A stretch of 63,614 nt of DNA, counting the filler, from Stramenopiles sp. TOSAG23-2 (taxonomy: Eukaryota), in the NCBI GenBank assembly GCA_900128395.1. It is 8 parts of 8 records of this genome, joined end to end, with 100 filler letters (N's around TTAATTAATTAA, not from the genome) between each part and the next. Parts side by side here need not be neighbours in the genome. Positions count along the whole stretch, not along the records: positions 17,799 to 26,582 come from LT650165.1; positions 26,683 to 35,462 come from LT650166.1; positions 35,563 to 44,331 come from LT650167.1; 5 more parts are not named here. One strand, 5' to 3'. Every line of letters begins with the position of its first letter. The stretch's first letter is position 1. This document shows positions 23,247 through 35,894 of this stretch, one piece after another. The notes beneath the pieces were generated by a model, which did no database searches, was not told the origin of the DNA, and saw only the letters and a list, made by a program, of their open reading frames with translations. The position numbers and the translations under genes are program-made.

Positions 23247-23306
23247 CTAACTCTAAATCACAGACAGAGGAACCATCTTTTGAATACTAAATAATTTACC
23301 AAACTT

Positions 23307-23392
23307 TATAAATCATTTTTGATTTGAGATGTTAATGAACGGGAGTAAAAGAAATTTATATAATATTATGAGTAAGAGAACATTTTATATAA
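23307..23392 (+). repeat. Dispersed repeat C (second copy ~14712-14800; inverted partial copy ~14512-14534)
   Basis: TATAAATCATTTTTGATTTGAGATGTTAATGAACGGG..AGTAAAAGAAATTTATATA..ATGAGTAAGAGAACATTTTATAT is nearly identical on two contigs. Confidence 0.92.
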
Positions 23393-23701
23393 TATATAAA
23401 CTAAAATAATTTATAAATAAATTATGCGTAAATTAATTATACCTGGTATGACCCAAGCCGGGCAAGCTGGGCAAGGCTCAAGGCTGATAAGATCCGTACG
23501 ATGGGTAAATACCTTAATATTAATCCGGGGATCCCTTGATATTCCCGATATTTTCGTATACTAATTACCTATGATTTAGTATAACATGTGTTTTGCTCCC
23601 CTTTTCCTTTTTCCTGTACTCAAAGGCTACGGAAATTTAGTAGACGACACTGTAAAATGGTATGCCTGGTATGCATAATATATTTATTTTCGCACACATT
23701 T

Positions 23702-25498
23702 TTATTTTTGTGACAAAATATTACTATTTTCAACACCATTCAGCACACGTATCAATATCGTAACAACAGTATCCGTGCATAAAGCTATTGATGAATTTGT
23801 TTTGTAAACAGACTCAGAGTGCTGTATACAAAATGCATTTGCTGCCAATAAAGGTGGTTCTTCGTAATATAAATCTAAATTCGCCTCTACGCTACCAAAA
23901 TTCAATGGCAATTGGAACAGTTTAAATTTAGATGAGTATCTACGAGCTTCGTCAATTACCCGTTTAATCAAAGCTTTTTCTAAGGTATTGATCATTTCAT
24001 CAACTAATGGATTTGTTACTTGGTTATTATCCTCAATGAAATCAATTGCACTTAGAAATGTATCGAACCCGGCCATATATTCAAACATTGCTTCTTTTCC
24101 ATTTGGTAGCTTGACTGGAAATGCAAGTAATGGCTCTGCACTTTTTGGAGCTTTCTTCCCTAGGGTAGTTAAAACATTTTCAATTTTTTTCGTCAAGGCA
24201 GCAACTAATTTCATTGCATTTGGACTGTCGTTTAAAACTGGTCGATTCCGAATAAATCGCCGAGCGGCATCTTTCGGTCTTTGAGATGAATAAAATTTCA
24301 ACATTCCATACATTTGGTTATCAATTTCCACCGGCACTTCAAATAACGATTTACTGCTCCCTGGCGTGTTTTCTCCTGAAGTGCGAATAATATTACTATC
24401 AATATCATCGTTCTTAGTATTTCCAATATTTGTACCTTGATTTACATCGTTTTTCATTAACAATTTTCTTTTTGAAACTATTTGCTGTGTAATAATATTT
24501 ATTACGCTATTTTCATTTTCTTTTCCTAAAATGCCAATTTCGGCAGCAAATACCTTTGCAGCACTTTCCGCATCGATGTGATCAGGAACTTCAAAACGTT
24601 TGGTCGCATTATCTACTACCAAGTTTAAGACTATTTTTGAAAGTGGTGACAATGTATCACCAAACGTATTGCCATCATCTTTTTTTTGATCATTCAAAGC
24701 ATGATTGTTATTCCAACTCCTATGACGATTTTGTAAAGATTCAGATATGACCTTTTGAATCAGAATTGTTCTATATGTTTTAAATTTATCGTTTGTTTTC
24801 AAAATTCCATTTGATGTTAAAAAGAAATCAATTTTGGAATAAATATTATTTTCTACCCTTGGATTAAACATAAATTGCTTTACTTTATCGTTTCCGAAAT
24901 CAACAGGAAAGACTATTTCAGATTTTATATTTAACTTATCCATATTATTCTTATGTTTCGTAAATATTGATGAATACTGTAGTTCAAGTTCCTTTAATAA
25001 TTTTTGCGCTGCAACCTCTGAGTCAATATTAAACTCTTTCATGAAGTTACGAACGGTGTCCATAAAAGATGAGTTTTCATAATGTAACATTTGTACCGTC
25101 TTACCATCGTCTAATGTCACTGGAATTTGTACAATAATTTTATTTGATTTTGCACTTTTATTTCCGTCAATAGTTTTCTTCGCTGATATGTATTCATTAT
25201 ATTTTTGAATTAAGTGCTTACTCAAGCCTGCTACAAGCTCGATATATTTACTTTCTTTTCCGCGTACATTAAATCCTTCCATATTCAACCAATTTTTAGC
25301 AGCCATTTGAGGATTTTGACGAATGTCATTTGAATTTATCTGCACTGTCTTATCAAGACCTTCAATATTAATTGGAAATTTCAAAACATCAGATTTTACA
25401 GTTTTAATACTTATAATACAAATGGTGAAGAAAAAATAAGATATTGCAAGTATTATAAAATTAACCTTGAATCTTCCTTTTCCAATGTTTGTATACAT
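23702..25498 (-). CDS. Secreted or membrane-anchored protein with about 7 tandem ~75-aa PFU-like repeats
   Basis: Hydrophobic N-terminus. Repeats follow the pattern hhxhPVxhxxG...h.h.....p..AA..F (e.g. LFEVPVEIDNQMYGMLKFYSSQRPKDAARRFI; LFQLPLNFGSVEANLDLYYEEPPLLAANAFC). Confidence 0.8.
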   Translation of the reverse strand: MYTNIGKGRFKVNFIILAISYFFFTICIISIKTVKSDVLKFPINIEGLDKTVQINSNDIRQNPQMAAKNWLNMEGFNVRGKESKYIELVAGLSKHLIQKYNEYISAKKTIDGNKSAKSNKIIVQIPVTLDDGKTVQMLHYENSSFMDTVRNFMKEFNIDSEVAAQKLLKELELQYSSIFTKHKNNMDKLNIKSEIVFPVDFGNDKVKQFMFNPRVENNIYSKIDFFLTSNGILKTNDKFKTYRTILIQKVISESLQNRHRSWNNNHALNDQKKDDGNTFGDTLSPLSKIVLNLVVDNATKRFEVPDHIDAESAAKVFAAEIGILGKENENSVINIITQQIVSKRKLLMKNDVNQGTNIGNTKNDDIDSNIIRTSGENTPGSSKSLFEVPVEIDNQMYGMLKFYSSQRPKDAARRFIRNRPVLNDSPNAMKLVAALTKKIENVLTTLGKKAPKSAEPLLAFPVKLPNGKEAMFEYMAGFDTFLSAIDFIEDNNQVTNPLVDEMINTLEKALIKRVIDEARRYSSKFKLFQLPLNFGSVEANLDLYYEEPPLLAANAFCIQHSESVYKTNSSIALCTDTVVTILIRVLNGVENSNILSQK

Positions 25499-26841
25499 CG
25501 TTTCTATGTATACTAATGTGGAAGAAAGCGCTGTCTAATTAAATAACAATTGCTAATATATCGTGTATATAATGTAGTTGTTCATGTCATGGTGTCATCT
25601 CTTCAGAGATGTATAATGCAGTAATAATAATTATTGTTTGTTATAAATATAATATTTTTTGTTGGGGGGTGCTTTGCTGGGCTTGCTGGGCTTGCCAGGC
25701 CCAGCTGGCACTCCAGCATTCGGCATTCCAGCACTCCATGGCACTCGACTATTTATATTAGTTAGATTTACATGTTTGCTAAAGCACTTTCCTACTAGTA
25801 AGATAATATTACTTAATTTTTGTACTTGTTGTGATTTAAAAAAGTAGTCTAGTATAGACACAGCATTATTGTTAAAATAAATCACGGATATTTTGTAACA
25901 AAAATCCAATTTTAGGAAAATCGGGAGGTGGGATTTTGCCAACTTCACGCCGCCGAGTCTTCGCTTGCGCTCAGAATTCCTGATTATGGGCTGTAGCCTG
26001 TACAGTAGCAGGCGAAGATGAGGGGATCGAGTATATTTATATTACAATGTGGTGGCATGCTGGGCATGCCTGGCATGGTGCTACCCTTAAAGCACCCAAA
26101 ACTGTGCACTTAAAACTATTCACTATGGGGGAAATATTCATCATTTTTTCTATATTTTCGGATATTTGCTATTTTTTACAAATATATGAAAAATAAAATT
26201 GGTATTTAAGAAAACAATATGTATTTTCAATAGTAAATAGTGTTAATTTGTTAGTGCACACAGTTGGGCGGTTTGCACAGTTTTGGGCGCTTACTGTAAA
26301 GAGGGTACTGATGTAGCACTGCGATAGCAGAGTGCCAGACTGTACATTAATTTGATGGTTTGTACCGTATCCTTCCTGGCTTCCAGCACACAAGTGCACA
26401 ATACAAATTTAAATTAAAATTAATCTAAATTTTAAAGAGCAAGATTTCGTATCTTTTTCACATCATTCGGGTAACTATCGCAAGACTTGTTAAAATTTGG
26501 GATAATGCTATTTACCTGCTAATTGACAGAGCTTTACTATAGTAGGATAACATATATTATTCTTGCGATTGAGTATTGAGCANNNNNNNNNNNNNNNNNN
26601 NNNNNNNNNNNNNNNNNNNNNNNNNNTTAATTAATTAANNNNNNNNNNNNNNNNNNNNNNNNNNNNNNNNNNNNNNNNNNNNTATGTGATAATTAATATT
26701 ATCCATGTAGAATCATAAAATCATTCTGAACAAATTAAACGTATCAAAATAAGAATATATATATATATATATATATGAACATAACGAAAAAGCAAAACAA
26801 ATTAAACATAAATATATATCATACCTTTTTTTGTAGTAAAT

Positions 26842-28331
26842 ATGAATAATACTATTAACAATTTTTATTCCAAAAATTATTTTTCTGCTATATTATCGTC
26901 AGCATTGATATTATTACTGATCATAGTAACCATAAAAGCAGACAACAATGCAAATTTAAATGTTAATTACTTGGCATTTATCCCATATTGGGGATGGTCA
27001 AATCAAATAATGGAATTAAAAACAATGGCAACCATGGCAAAAAATACTCAACGAACATTGGTTATACCAAAATATGCGTTGGGACGACAATACACCAATA
27101 GCATGGATAGCTATCAATTGAATCACAACGATTGTCATTATGCAGGAGCAAACGGTGATAAGTGGGAGAAAGAATGCGATTTATTTGAAGATTTAATCGA
27201 TTTAGAACAATTGCAAAAATTTGTACCGATCATAAAAGAGGAAGATTTCCTTTTCCAAAATACCATTAAACGATATGATGAATTTCCATCGTATGAAGAA
27301 ATAAATTTTGGAGTTGATTTTTCAAATAAAACATTACGAATGTCACATCGTATCAAGTGGGTAGATGAACATCTTAGTTACGATTATAACCCAAAGAAAG
27401 GTGGCGATGATGAAGATAAAGAAGAGGAACAAGAGGGTAATGGGCGGCAACAATGGTGTTACCGTGGAATAATATCCGTTCGTACATGCCTTCGTTCAAT
27501 TTATGAGCTACGAAATAATGAAAAAATGTTGATCCTATTCCCTGAATATCATTCTTTCGGAGTTGGAAGAATTAGATCCAAAGCAAGAGGAAAACAATAC
27601 AAGTATGACAATGACGTACACAGATTCATTGTTCCTTCTAAAAGGTTACGTGATTTGTCCATACAGATCATAAATCAATTTCCGTTAAATTATGTTGCCG
27701 TTCATATACGCAGGGGAGATTTTCTAACCGAGACATGGGCCAAAGATCATGTGAAGGATATTGAAAGCTATGCCATTGAACTGTTCGAGGATCCAAAAAT
27801 TGGAAACAAAAGAATGATATATATTGCTACGGATGAAGTTGATGAAAATATGTTAGGTCCATTTAACGTATTAAACGTTACTTTTTTAAATGACTTTTTG
27901 AATTCTACATCAAACGGAGAAAAAGGTAAATTTTGGCATTTAAATATTTCAATACCAGAGAAACAATTATCACGATCATATCTGGAACAATTAATATGTA
28001 TAGCGTAAGTAAACTCTTCTATCATATCATACGATAATAATTTTTATCAATTTCCGCATCATCTAACTCAGCATCACTCTTTTACATATATAATGAATAT
28101 GCGCAACTCAGATCTGAACAATTTTTCCCACAAAAAGCATCAACATTCTCACGATATATTGAGATGGTAAAAAAAACACAATGGGTTTATCTTGCTCATG
28201 GGTTTTCGTTGCAATCTTTTCGAAAGCAGATATCATATTATAGCAAGAAAAGACCGGAACCTAAAGAACAAGCTAGTGCCCAGACAATAACAGCCGTAGA
28301 GAGAAAAGAAAGCGATAAAAAGGAATTGTAA
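26842..28331 (+). CDS. GDP-fucose protein O-fucosyltransferase-like (POFUT/O-FucT), ER-luminal; exons 26842-28004 and 28112-28331
   Basis: Signal peptide, GWSNQ, YVAVHIRRGDF, IYIATDE. A GTAAGT...CAG intron at 28005-28111 restores EQLICIASEQF....STFS and gives a C-terminal KKEL. Confidence 0.88.
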
Positions 28332-28517
28332 AACACGTGATTCGTGAGAGTACGAAAAACGTATTTTGATAAAAATTAGGTGTGTGGTGTGGGTATGTAT
28401 TATCACCGATTCAATAAAATATATTTTATATTAATATACATCATATACTTCTATGGGCATTATTTTTAAATGAAAAATATACACACTCGTATGCCTTCCG
28501 TTAAAATGTTTTTTTTT

Positions 28518-29675
28518 TTACTTCTGAGGCGAAATAAATTCCTCTTTCTTCTTTTGCTCGTTAGTATCAGCTGTATTATTACTTATTTTACTACTAGTTC
28601 CATCGCTAACAATAGCATTTTCTCCATATTTTTCTATGACAATTTTATTTAGTAAATCTTGTTGTAATGATTTTAATGCTTTTCTAGATGAGGAATGTCT
28701 TATTTCGTATGATGCCGTTAAATCAACGCGTTGATGGTGCTTTCCTTTTCGATAATGGCGATGTCGTCGCCGCCGCTTTTTCTTCTTTTTTCCAACTAAA
28801 CTTCTAGGTTTTTTTGGCGCACCTATGTATGGAAATGCAAAGTCTTGTGGAAATGCTGATTGCCGTTCACCTCTCGATAATGTAAAGGTTTCTTGTTCAA
28901 TTTCTCGTATGGTTGCATCCAATGTTTGGTCAAACATACGTCGTTTATTTATAAGTTTGTGACGAGACTTTGCGTCGTATTTTTTAAAAGTATTAAATTT
29001 ATCTGCAGCTTGTAACAATTTTTGCCGACGGCTTACGCTTTGAAACAACTGATATGGATTGATTTGATTTCCCAGCTTATGATAATTGCGTGTTAAAATA
29101 GTTGAATTTCGTACCCATGTTGCAACTGGAACTTCACGACGTAAAGTAGCTTCGTCAGTTGAGCGTAAAGTTTTTAAAAATGTCGGCCGTTCATAAAATT
29201 CAGCAGCTGCCACATCTCCAGTTTCATTGCCATAATGATTTGGTGTTACAAAAATGTGGTTAAATTCGGAATCTTCTAGTGATTCTTTCTCTATTATTTT
29301 ACCGCTACTATATTTTTTTTCAATAGCAGCTTTTGTTGTTGCTGATGTTGGTGTTGTAGTAGATGTATTTGACAATGGTGATAGATGATGTGGTTGTTTC
29401 TGCTTGTGTTCTTTATTTTGGTTATTGCGACGGTTCGTTTCTGGCATATCTTCCTTGTTTTGGTTCTTTATGCCAACATTTGCTTTATCCATACTATCTG
29501 CTTCCTTTTCAGCTTTTGCAATATCTTGACCTGGATTTTTAGAAGAAATTCCTGTCATAAAGTGTTTAAATACATTATGATGACTCGATTGTCTTCGAAA
29601 CTGATGCCATTCTTCTTTGTCAAAATGGTCGTTACCACCAGGCTGGTATGAATCGTATGATTTTGCACGATGCAT
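28518..29675 (-). CDS. Hypothetical protein, 385 aa, with a basic NLS-like tract
   Basis: Long ORF in an AT-rich background; KKKKKRRRRHRH tract; no recognisable family. Confidence 0.7.
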   Translation of the reverse strand: MHRAKSYDSYQPGGNDHFDKEEWHQFRRQSSHHNVFKHFMTGISSKNPGQDIAKAEKEADSMDKANVGIKNQNKEDMPETNRRNNQNKEHKQKQPHHLSPLSNTSTTTPTSATTKAAIEKKYSSGKIIEKESLEDSEFNHIFVTPNHYGNETGDVAAAEFYERPTFLKTLRSTDEATLRREVPVATWVRNSTILTRNYHKLGNQINPYQLFQSVSRRQKLLQAADKFNTFKKYDAKSRHKLINKRRMFDQTLDATIREIEQETFTLSRGERQSAFPQDFAFPYIGAPKKPRSLVGKKKKKRRRRHRHYRKGKHHQRVDLTASYEIRHSSSRKALKSLQQDLLNKIVIEKYGENAIVSDGTSSKISNNTADTNEQKKKEEFISPQK

Positions 29676-30359
29676 TATATTTGTTCCACAATCGCAACAA
29701 TAGAATTTAACCCGTTTTAGCCATTCAAATGATTTAATTTATTATTTCTAATAATACATAAAGTTCATTGCAATATATATATATATATAATTATTAGTAA
29801 TACTTATTGTATATACAGTAGCAGTATTGTTGTCTATTCTGTTATTTATTAATAATGATGTGTGTTGTCTGTGTTGTCTTCTTCTCTTGTTCTCAAATTG
29901 CTAAGTTAAAGCCTTTTTTTCCGACCACAGCAAAGAAACATATTTGTTGTCTAATGCTATTTATATATATATAGGATAGAGAAGTACAAATTACACATAT
30001 TTTTTACAAGTTTTTTCGTAACTTCCAGTGATAAACGTTTTACCTTTTTTTTGTAAACGGAACTTCTCAAGGCAGACTCACGAAAAAAAAAAAGGCTGTA
30101 TTGTATGTGTTCTTCTACGGTATCGATATATAGGAGCGTGCCCAGCGTGCTTCGTGCTGATGTAAATTGTGTGGCGTCGTAGACCTTAAAAAAAATAAAA
30201 TTATTACCAAATAAAAACAGAGAGAAGATAAAAATATAAAATATCCTAATAACAATAACAAATAAATGTATGATATATTTACATGTATATATAGTATATA
30301 TGTAGATTCATATGTAATATTCAAAAATACATAAAATAGAAATTCAATATGTAATCAAT

Positions 30360-31001
30360 ATGGAGACTCAAAACAATAAGTTGCACAATGCTATATTATC
30401 CCATTTAGCATCGGATGTTATAAATAACATAATTGAAAGAGATCATCTTAATCCAAATGAACTTTCAAGCGAAAGCTTTAGTTTAGGTGAAAATATCACG
30501 CCTCTAATTTTAGCCTGTACTTACAGTAATATTGAAGTTGTGAATACGTTGATTCGATACGGTGCTGATGTTAATCTAGTTAATGCTTTTGGCGAAACGC
30601 CACTGCTGCATGCGGTATGGAACTGCAAAGACGATATTGTAGATGTTTTGATTGAAAATCAGGCCAATGTAAATAAAATAGATGTATATGGGCGTTCTCC
30701 ACTTTATTATGCTTGTCAAAAAGGAAATGAAAAAATAGTTGAAATTTTAATAAATCATAACGCTCAAGTGAACTTGATAGATAATGCTGGTAAAAGTATT
30801 TTGTCACGTGCAGTATGTTGGGGTAATTATGACATTGTAAAAAAGTTGTTAAATCATAATGTAAAAATATTAGATATAGATATAAAAGAAGGTATAGAAT
30901 TCCAACAAAAAAGAATTGTTGAATTATTGGAAAAAGAAAAGCAAGTGCAGAGGTGTAGAGATCTGGGAGATCTGGGAGATGGTAAAAAATACGAGTCGTA
31001 A
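30360..31001 (+). CDS. Ankyrin repeat protein
   Basis: Four 33-aa repeats: TPLILAC..., GETPLLHAV..., GRSPLYYAC.KG..., GKSILSRAV.WG. Confidence 0.95.
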   Translation: METQNNKLHNAILSHLASDVINNIIERDHLNPNELSSESFSLGENITPLILACTYSNIEVVNTLIRYGADVNLVNAFGETPLLHAVWNCKDDIVDVLIENQANVNKIDVYGRSPLYYACQKGNEKIVEILINHNAQVNLIDNAGKSILSRAVCWGNYDIVKKLLNHNVKILDIDIKEGIEFQQKRIVELLEKEKQVQRCRDLGDLGDGKKYES

Positions 31002-31172
31002 TATTTTTTTTACTATTTTAATACAGTCATCACATAAAAAACATAATTTGTTTTTAAAAAAAAGTATAATATATATATATATAGACTATTATAAATGCAT
31101 TATATATATATATACACGCGAATATATGATACTCGTATATTTTTACAAAAATATTAAAAAGCAAACATCTTT

Positions 31173-31935
31173 TCACAATTTCGAGAGAATAATATTCTCC
31201 TCATGACTCAAATTTGGCTCTTCCTCTACATCTTCCAAATTCCATAAAGCCTGTAAATCATCATCAATTTCATCTAATGATTTCATATAAGCTATTAATT
31301 CATTTGACTTAGCCAATGGCCTCAATATATTTTTTGGAACACTGAAGTTTATTCGAGGAATAATGCTACCATCAGCTTGTCTTGCATTCGATGTTACCAT
31401 ACCAATCAAACGCCCATGTTGATCTAAAAGCATACCACCACTATCACCACGATAAACACACGCACTTGATTGTACAATAGCTTCTTGGTTTGAATAATAT
31501 GTCACATTTGATATAACACCTTTACTAACACTAGGGCGTATCTCTAACGATGGCTCAAATAATGCATGGCCTAATATAGTACCCGCTTGCCCTCGAATAA
31601 TATCCCCAGGTGCAAAGACAATAGGTTTAGCACCCAAAGGTACATCTGCAAGTTTAACAACAGCTATATCAATTGTTTTATCACATACATATATAATTTC
31701 AGCATCTTGCCATATACCTATAAAACTACCATCACAACGTACGCTAACATTGTACCCCGTATTTAATTCCGTTTGACTATTATTTCTTAAAAATGGCTTT
31801 AATAAATGGGCGCAAGTCAAAATATAACCTTGATCATCTAACAAAATACCACTTGCCCAAGATTTACCAACACGTAAACAGACCAATGATTTTTCAGCTC
31901 GCATGACCCCGTCCCGTATAGATTTTAAAATGATT

Positions 31936-31966
<31 letters not shown>

Positions 31967-32942
31967 CATTATTATTATTATTATGATTGTGATTATTATT
32001 ATTAAAGTCAGTAAAAATAGAGGTATTGTTTTTTGACATTGTGCTAAAACCGGCGACTAGATTACGTGATAATCGATTCATTGGAAAACTTCGATAAAAT
32101 ACAGGTCGTTGTGGTTTCACCCATCCACGCCTACTCATTGAGCGCCAACATGAATGTATTGGTAAAATACACGTAAATTCCAGGCCAACTTTTGTGTCAC
32201 GCACTAATGTTGGTGCAATTAAACCAATTAAATGGCCATTTGCATCAGCAACACCACCACCTTCACCTCCGGCATGTATCACAGCATCTGTCAATAACAA
32301 CGACGGTTTATCAATTCCCCTTTGATAGATTACATTACTTAACGTCCCACTTGATAATGAATTACGAAATACTTTTGGTGAGACTAAACCAAAAGGGGAT
32401 GAAATGATTGTTAATGGATCGCCACGTTGTAAATTTCGTTCATCATCATCATTCGTAATAAATCTATTGTTATCCACATTCTTATTACTATAATCGTTTA
32501 GTTGTTCTGGGAATGTAAATGCTTGTGGTTTTCTTATTTTTAATACGCCGACCATAGCAAACCCAGTGGATTCCAATTTTTTCAAATCATTTACATTAAT
32601 TAAACGACTAGCTGCTTGTATACAGTCACGGCCGACTGATACTACACCAATAAATTCAGTGCTGTACCATTTAGCGTCTTGTTCATGGGTTTTATTATTT
32701 TGGATTTCCATGGATACTAATACCTTCGTTCCTTTAACCAACTTTGCACTGCGAGGCCTCATTGATGTCAGATATGGACTCAACGTATTGCCAGACACTA
32801 AAATGGTTCCATTTTCAAATATCACACCAGAAGCAGATAAAGTAGTAATACCTTCCTCTGTAATAAAAAAAGTTCTATCCTCTGTTTTGCTTTCATTTAC
32901 ATCTGGTCCGTCAACACGTACTAAACAACCATCCCATAACAT
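31173..32942 (-). CDS. TYSND1: Peroxisomal leader-peptide processing protease, TYSND1/DEG15-like
   Basis: Two trypsin-like domains. The first is degenerate (SPFG, GGEGG); the second has LTCAHLL, DIAVV and GDSGG. C-terminal PTS1 SKL. Confidence 0.9.
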
Positions 32943-33574
32943 ATTTTTAATTTGTTGCTCACTATATGATATTCTATTTTTCTTTTTTTCTCTTTGTTAT
33001 TGATGTTGTTGTTGTTGATATAATATTAAATATCCTGACATATATATGTCTTATTCATCAGTTTTATAGTCGTCTATTAATAATAATAATATAGTATTTT
33101 ATTAATTATTATATGTGTCTGTCTAATGCTAATCATTGCACCATTTATATATATTAGATTGAGCAAAATGAGCGCTCGAAAATTTGTTGGTTCGCACTTC
33201 GCACGCGTGTGTTGTGGTTCATGAAGAAACTAAAACTAAAACCCCTTTTCCAAGTACATCATCATCAAAAAACAATTGTAAAAGTGGATTAAGGGATTAG
33301 CAAATCATAGAGGAAAATGAGGAGGGCTGGAAACGACGACTGTTAAATTCCCAGCCCGGCCAGCACTACCAGACCAGGTATATGATGCATATATATGTAT
33401 ATATAATTGTATGATTCATATTAATAGAATTAATTTGTAACCTTTTTTAAAACAATATCCTGTAGAGTGCTTCATAATATAATAATATAGAGATATTTCA
33501 AAAGAACGTAGATTATAAAAGTGTTATAAAATACATTATATTACAGTATATATATATATACATATTTTGTAAAC

Positions 33575-34831
33575 ATGGAAAGAAAGTCAGATAATAAATT
33601 ATGTTGTAAACAAGAAGGAGGTGGTTTTGGAAACCAATTTTTTTTATTGTTTTTTTTCTTTTTTGTATTAGTTGGTGGGATTATAACTGCAATTGTCATA
33701 AATGTTAATAATATGAATTATGTCGAAGAAGAGATACAGTTATATAGGAACGTCACAAGTGGCAATAAATCTGCACTGATTCCTGTATTAAGTGACAATA
33801 ATTTAGATGAATTTGGTTGTGCACAATCTAATATGCAATTTAATTTAGGTCAATATCGTGTTTTAAAGCATATTGGTATAGTAACGGCGTCATTATCTTT
33901 AGTAGGTTCGTCGTTTATAATTCTAACTTGGATATTATTTCGTAATTTACGAACCTTTCCGTTTAAGTTGATTGTGTTTCTCTCTGCTTCCGATTTTTTT
34001 GCTAGTATAGCATATTTATTCTCTGTCAATGAAAGCATGAAAAATTGTAATCAACAAGAATATTGTTCCATTATTGGTTTTTGTTTACATTTTTTTCTTT
34101 GTGCTAGTTTCATGTGGATTTTTGCAATATCCATTAATTTAAATTTGTTACTTGTGCAACGTGTTGGTAATGATATATTGAAATATGAAAAATATTACCA
34201 TCTATTAACATGGGGAACGTGTATCATCTTAAGTGTTGTTCCATTGTTTTTCGATGGTTATGGAGATGCTGGTAATTATTGTTGGATAAAAATGGAAAAC
34301 GAACTTTATTTAGCGACATTTGTATACCATATTCCATTATTACTTGTTATGATTATGTCTTCAATTAATTTTTTAGTAAGTTCAATAAGCGTAAAAGCAG
34401 GTCGGGATCGTAAAACTACCGGAGAAACAGTACGTATTAAAATTAGATTAACTATGTACATTGTTGTATTTGTTTTGTTTCATTTTTTTGAAATAACAAA
34501 GAAAATACATATGTTGGCTGATTCTCAAAATCCAAGTTATGGTTTGTATTTTTTGGCTAGATTATTTACACCATTAAATGGATTAGGCAACGCTGTAGTT
34601 TATGGATTAAATAGAGCAGTTGTAAATACGTATCGTAAAGCATGTTGTGGTAATTTTACCCGGGGTAGTAGTAGTAATGATAGAAGTGCTAATATGATAA
34701 AAGCTGACGATGTTGAAAATCGTGATGGATTTTCAAATATTACCACAACAACAACAGAAGGGGGAGGAGGAGGAAATCTGGATGACGATAATATAAATAA
34801 GAAAGGTAGAAATTCATGGATAAAACGGTAA
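33575..34831 (+). CDS. cAMP-receptor-like / GCR1-like GPCR with an extra N-terminal TM segment
   Basis: SLSLVGSSFII..; LIVFLSASDF; ASFMW...IS; YEKYYH...WG; YGDAGNYCWI; PLNGLGNAVVYG. Confidence 0.88.
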   Translation: MERKSDNKLCCKQEGGGFGNQFFLLFFFFFVLVGGIITAIVINVNNMNYVEEEIQLYRNVTSGNKSALIPVLSDNNLDEFGCAQSNMQFNLGQYRVLKHIGIVTASLSLVGSSFIILTWILFRNLRTFPFKLIVFLSASDFFASIAYLFSVNESMKNCNQQEYCSIIGFCLHFFLCASFMWIFAISINLNLLLVQRVGNDILKYEKYYHLLTWGTCIILSVVPLFFDGYGDAGNYCWIKMENELYLATFVYHIPLLLVMIMSSINFLVSSISVKAGRDRKTTGETVRIKIRLTMYIVVFVLFHFFEITKKIHMLADSQNPSYGLYFLARLFTPLNGLGNAVVYGLNRAVVNTYRKACCGNFTRGSSSNDRSANMIKADDVENRDGFSNITTTTTEGGGGGNLDDDNINKKGRNSWIKR

Positions 34832-35894
34832 ATAATCCCAGATACAATAATATAAACGCATATATAATGCTTTACAAATGCTATGATAGATTGAAGAGAA
34901 AATATGACTTTATATGTATATTCAAGATTGTATGTATGTATGAAACAACAGGTATTATTTACCGACGTGCATTGGTAGTATTTTTTTAAAAATAAGAAAT
35001 GTGCAGATCTTTTTTAATATGTATAAATTTATTTCATTTATTATATTTCAAATCAATTATTGCCAATAATAATTATTATTAATTCTATTTAGTGTATTTA
35101 TATTATTATACCAGGTAAGTATTGTGCAATTTGCTAGATCCTAAATGAAAGCAGTCACACAGCACCAATAAGTTCAAATTTGGCATTCCTGTGGCACCTG
35201 GCATACCTGTACTGTATTATTTAGAATTATTAGTATCATCATTGCCTATTTTAATTTATATACTACCAGGTATTCATTATTCTATTTTTCATATATACCT
35301 TAAATATTTTTCAAATGAATTACAGGAGTGTAACACGTGTTTTAAAATAAGCCTAATAACAAAGAAAAAAAAAACTAACAAAATTGTTAGTATTAAAATA
35401 AACCATTTTATAATGAATTTTTAAAATACCTGCTGCTTCAATGGTAGAAACACTTGCACTTTNNNNNNNNNNNNNNNNNNNNNNNNNNNNNNNNNNNNNN
35501 NNNNNNTTAATTAATTAANNNNNNNNNNNNNNNNNNNNNNNNNNNNNNNNNNNNNNNNNNNNTAAAACCATTAGATAAAAATAATAAAGAAATTCCATTT
35601 ATGGAATTAAGTGATGTTAAAGAAGGAAGCACAAATGTAACAACATAACATCGTAAAAAAAAAAGGTATATATTGAACGTGAAAATCACATGGTGTGAGT
35701 GAGAGCATGTGTATAAAAAAAAAAAGCTTTTTAAAATCACACGAAAAAATAGAATTTGTTTTACGCGTGTGCGTGTATTTTGTTATTATAATTTATGTGT
35801 GGTTTTATTTTGAGACTGTGTGTGGTGTAAAAAATTAGTCCTCTCTCTCTCTCTCTCTCTCTCTCTGTCTGTCTGGTCCAGCTATTATAAATTT

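Noticed and set aside
25631-26400. Short GC-richer ORFs or a possible ncRNA upstream of the repeat protein
   Set aside because: Low-complexity GCTGG/CCAGC words with no recognisable protein or RNA family; insufficient support.
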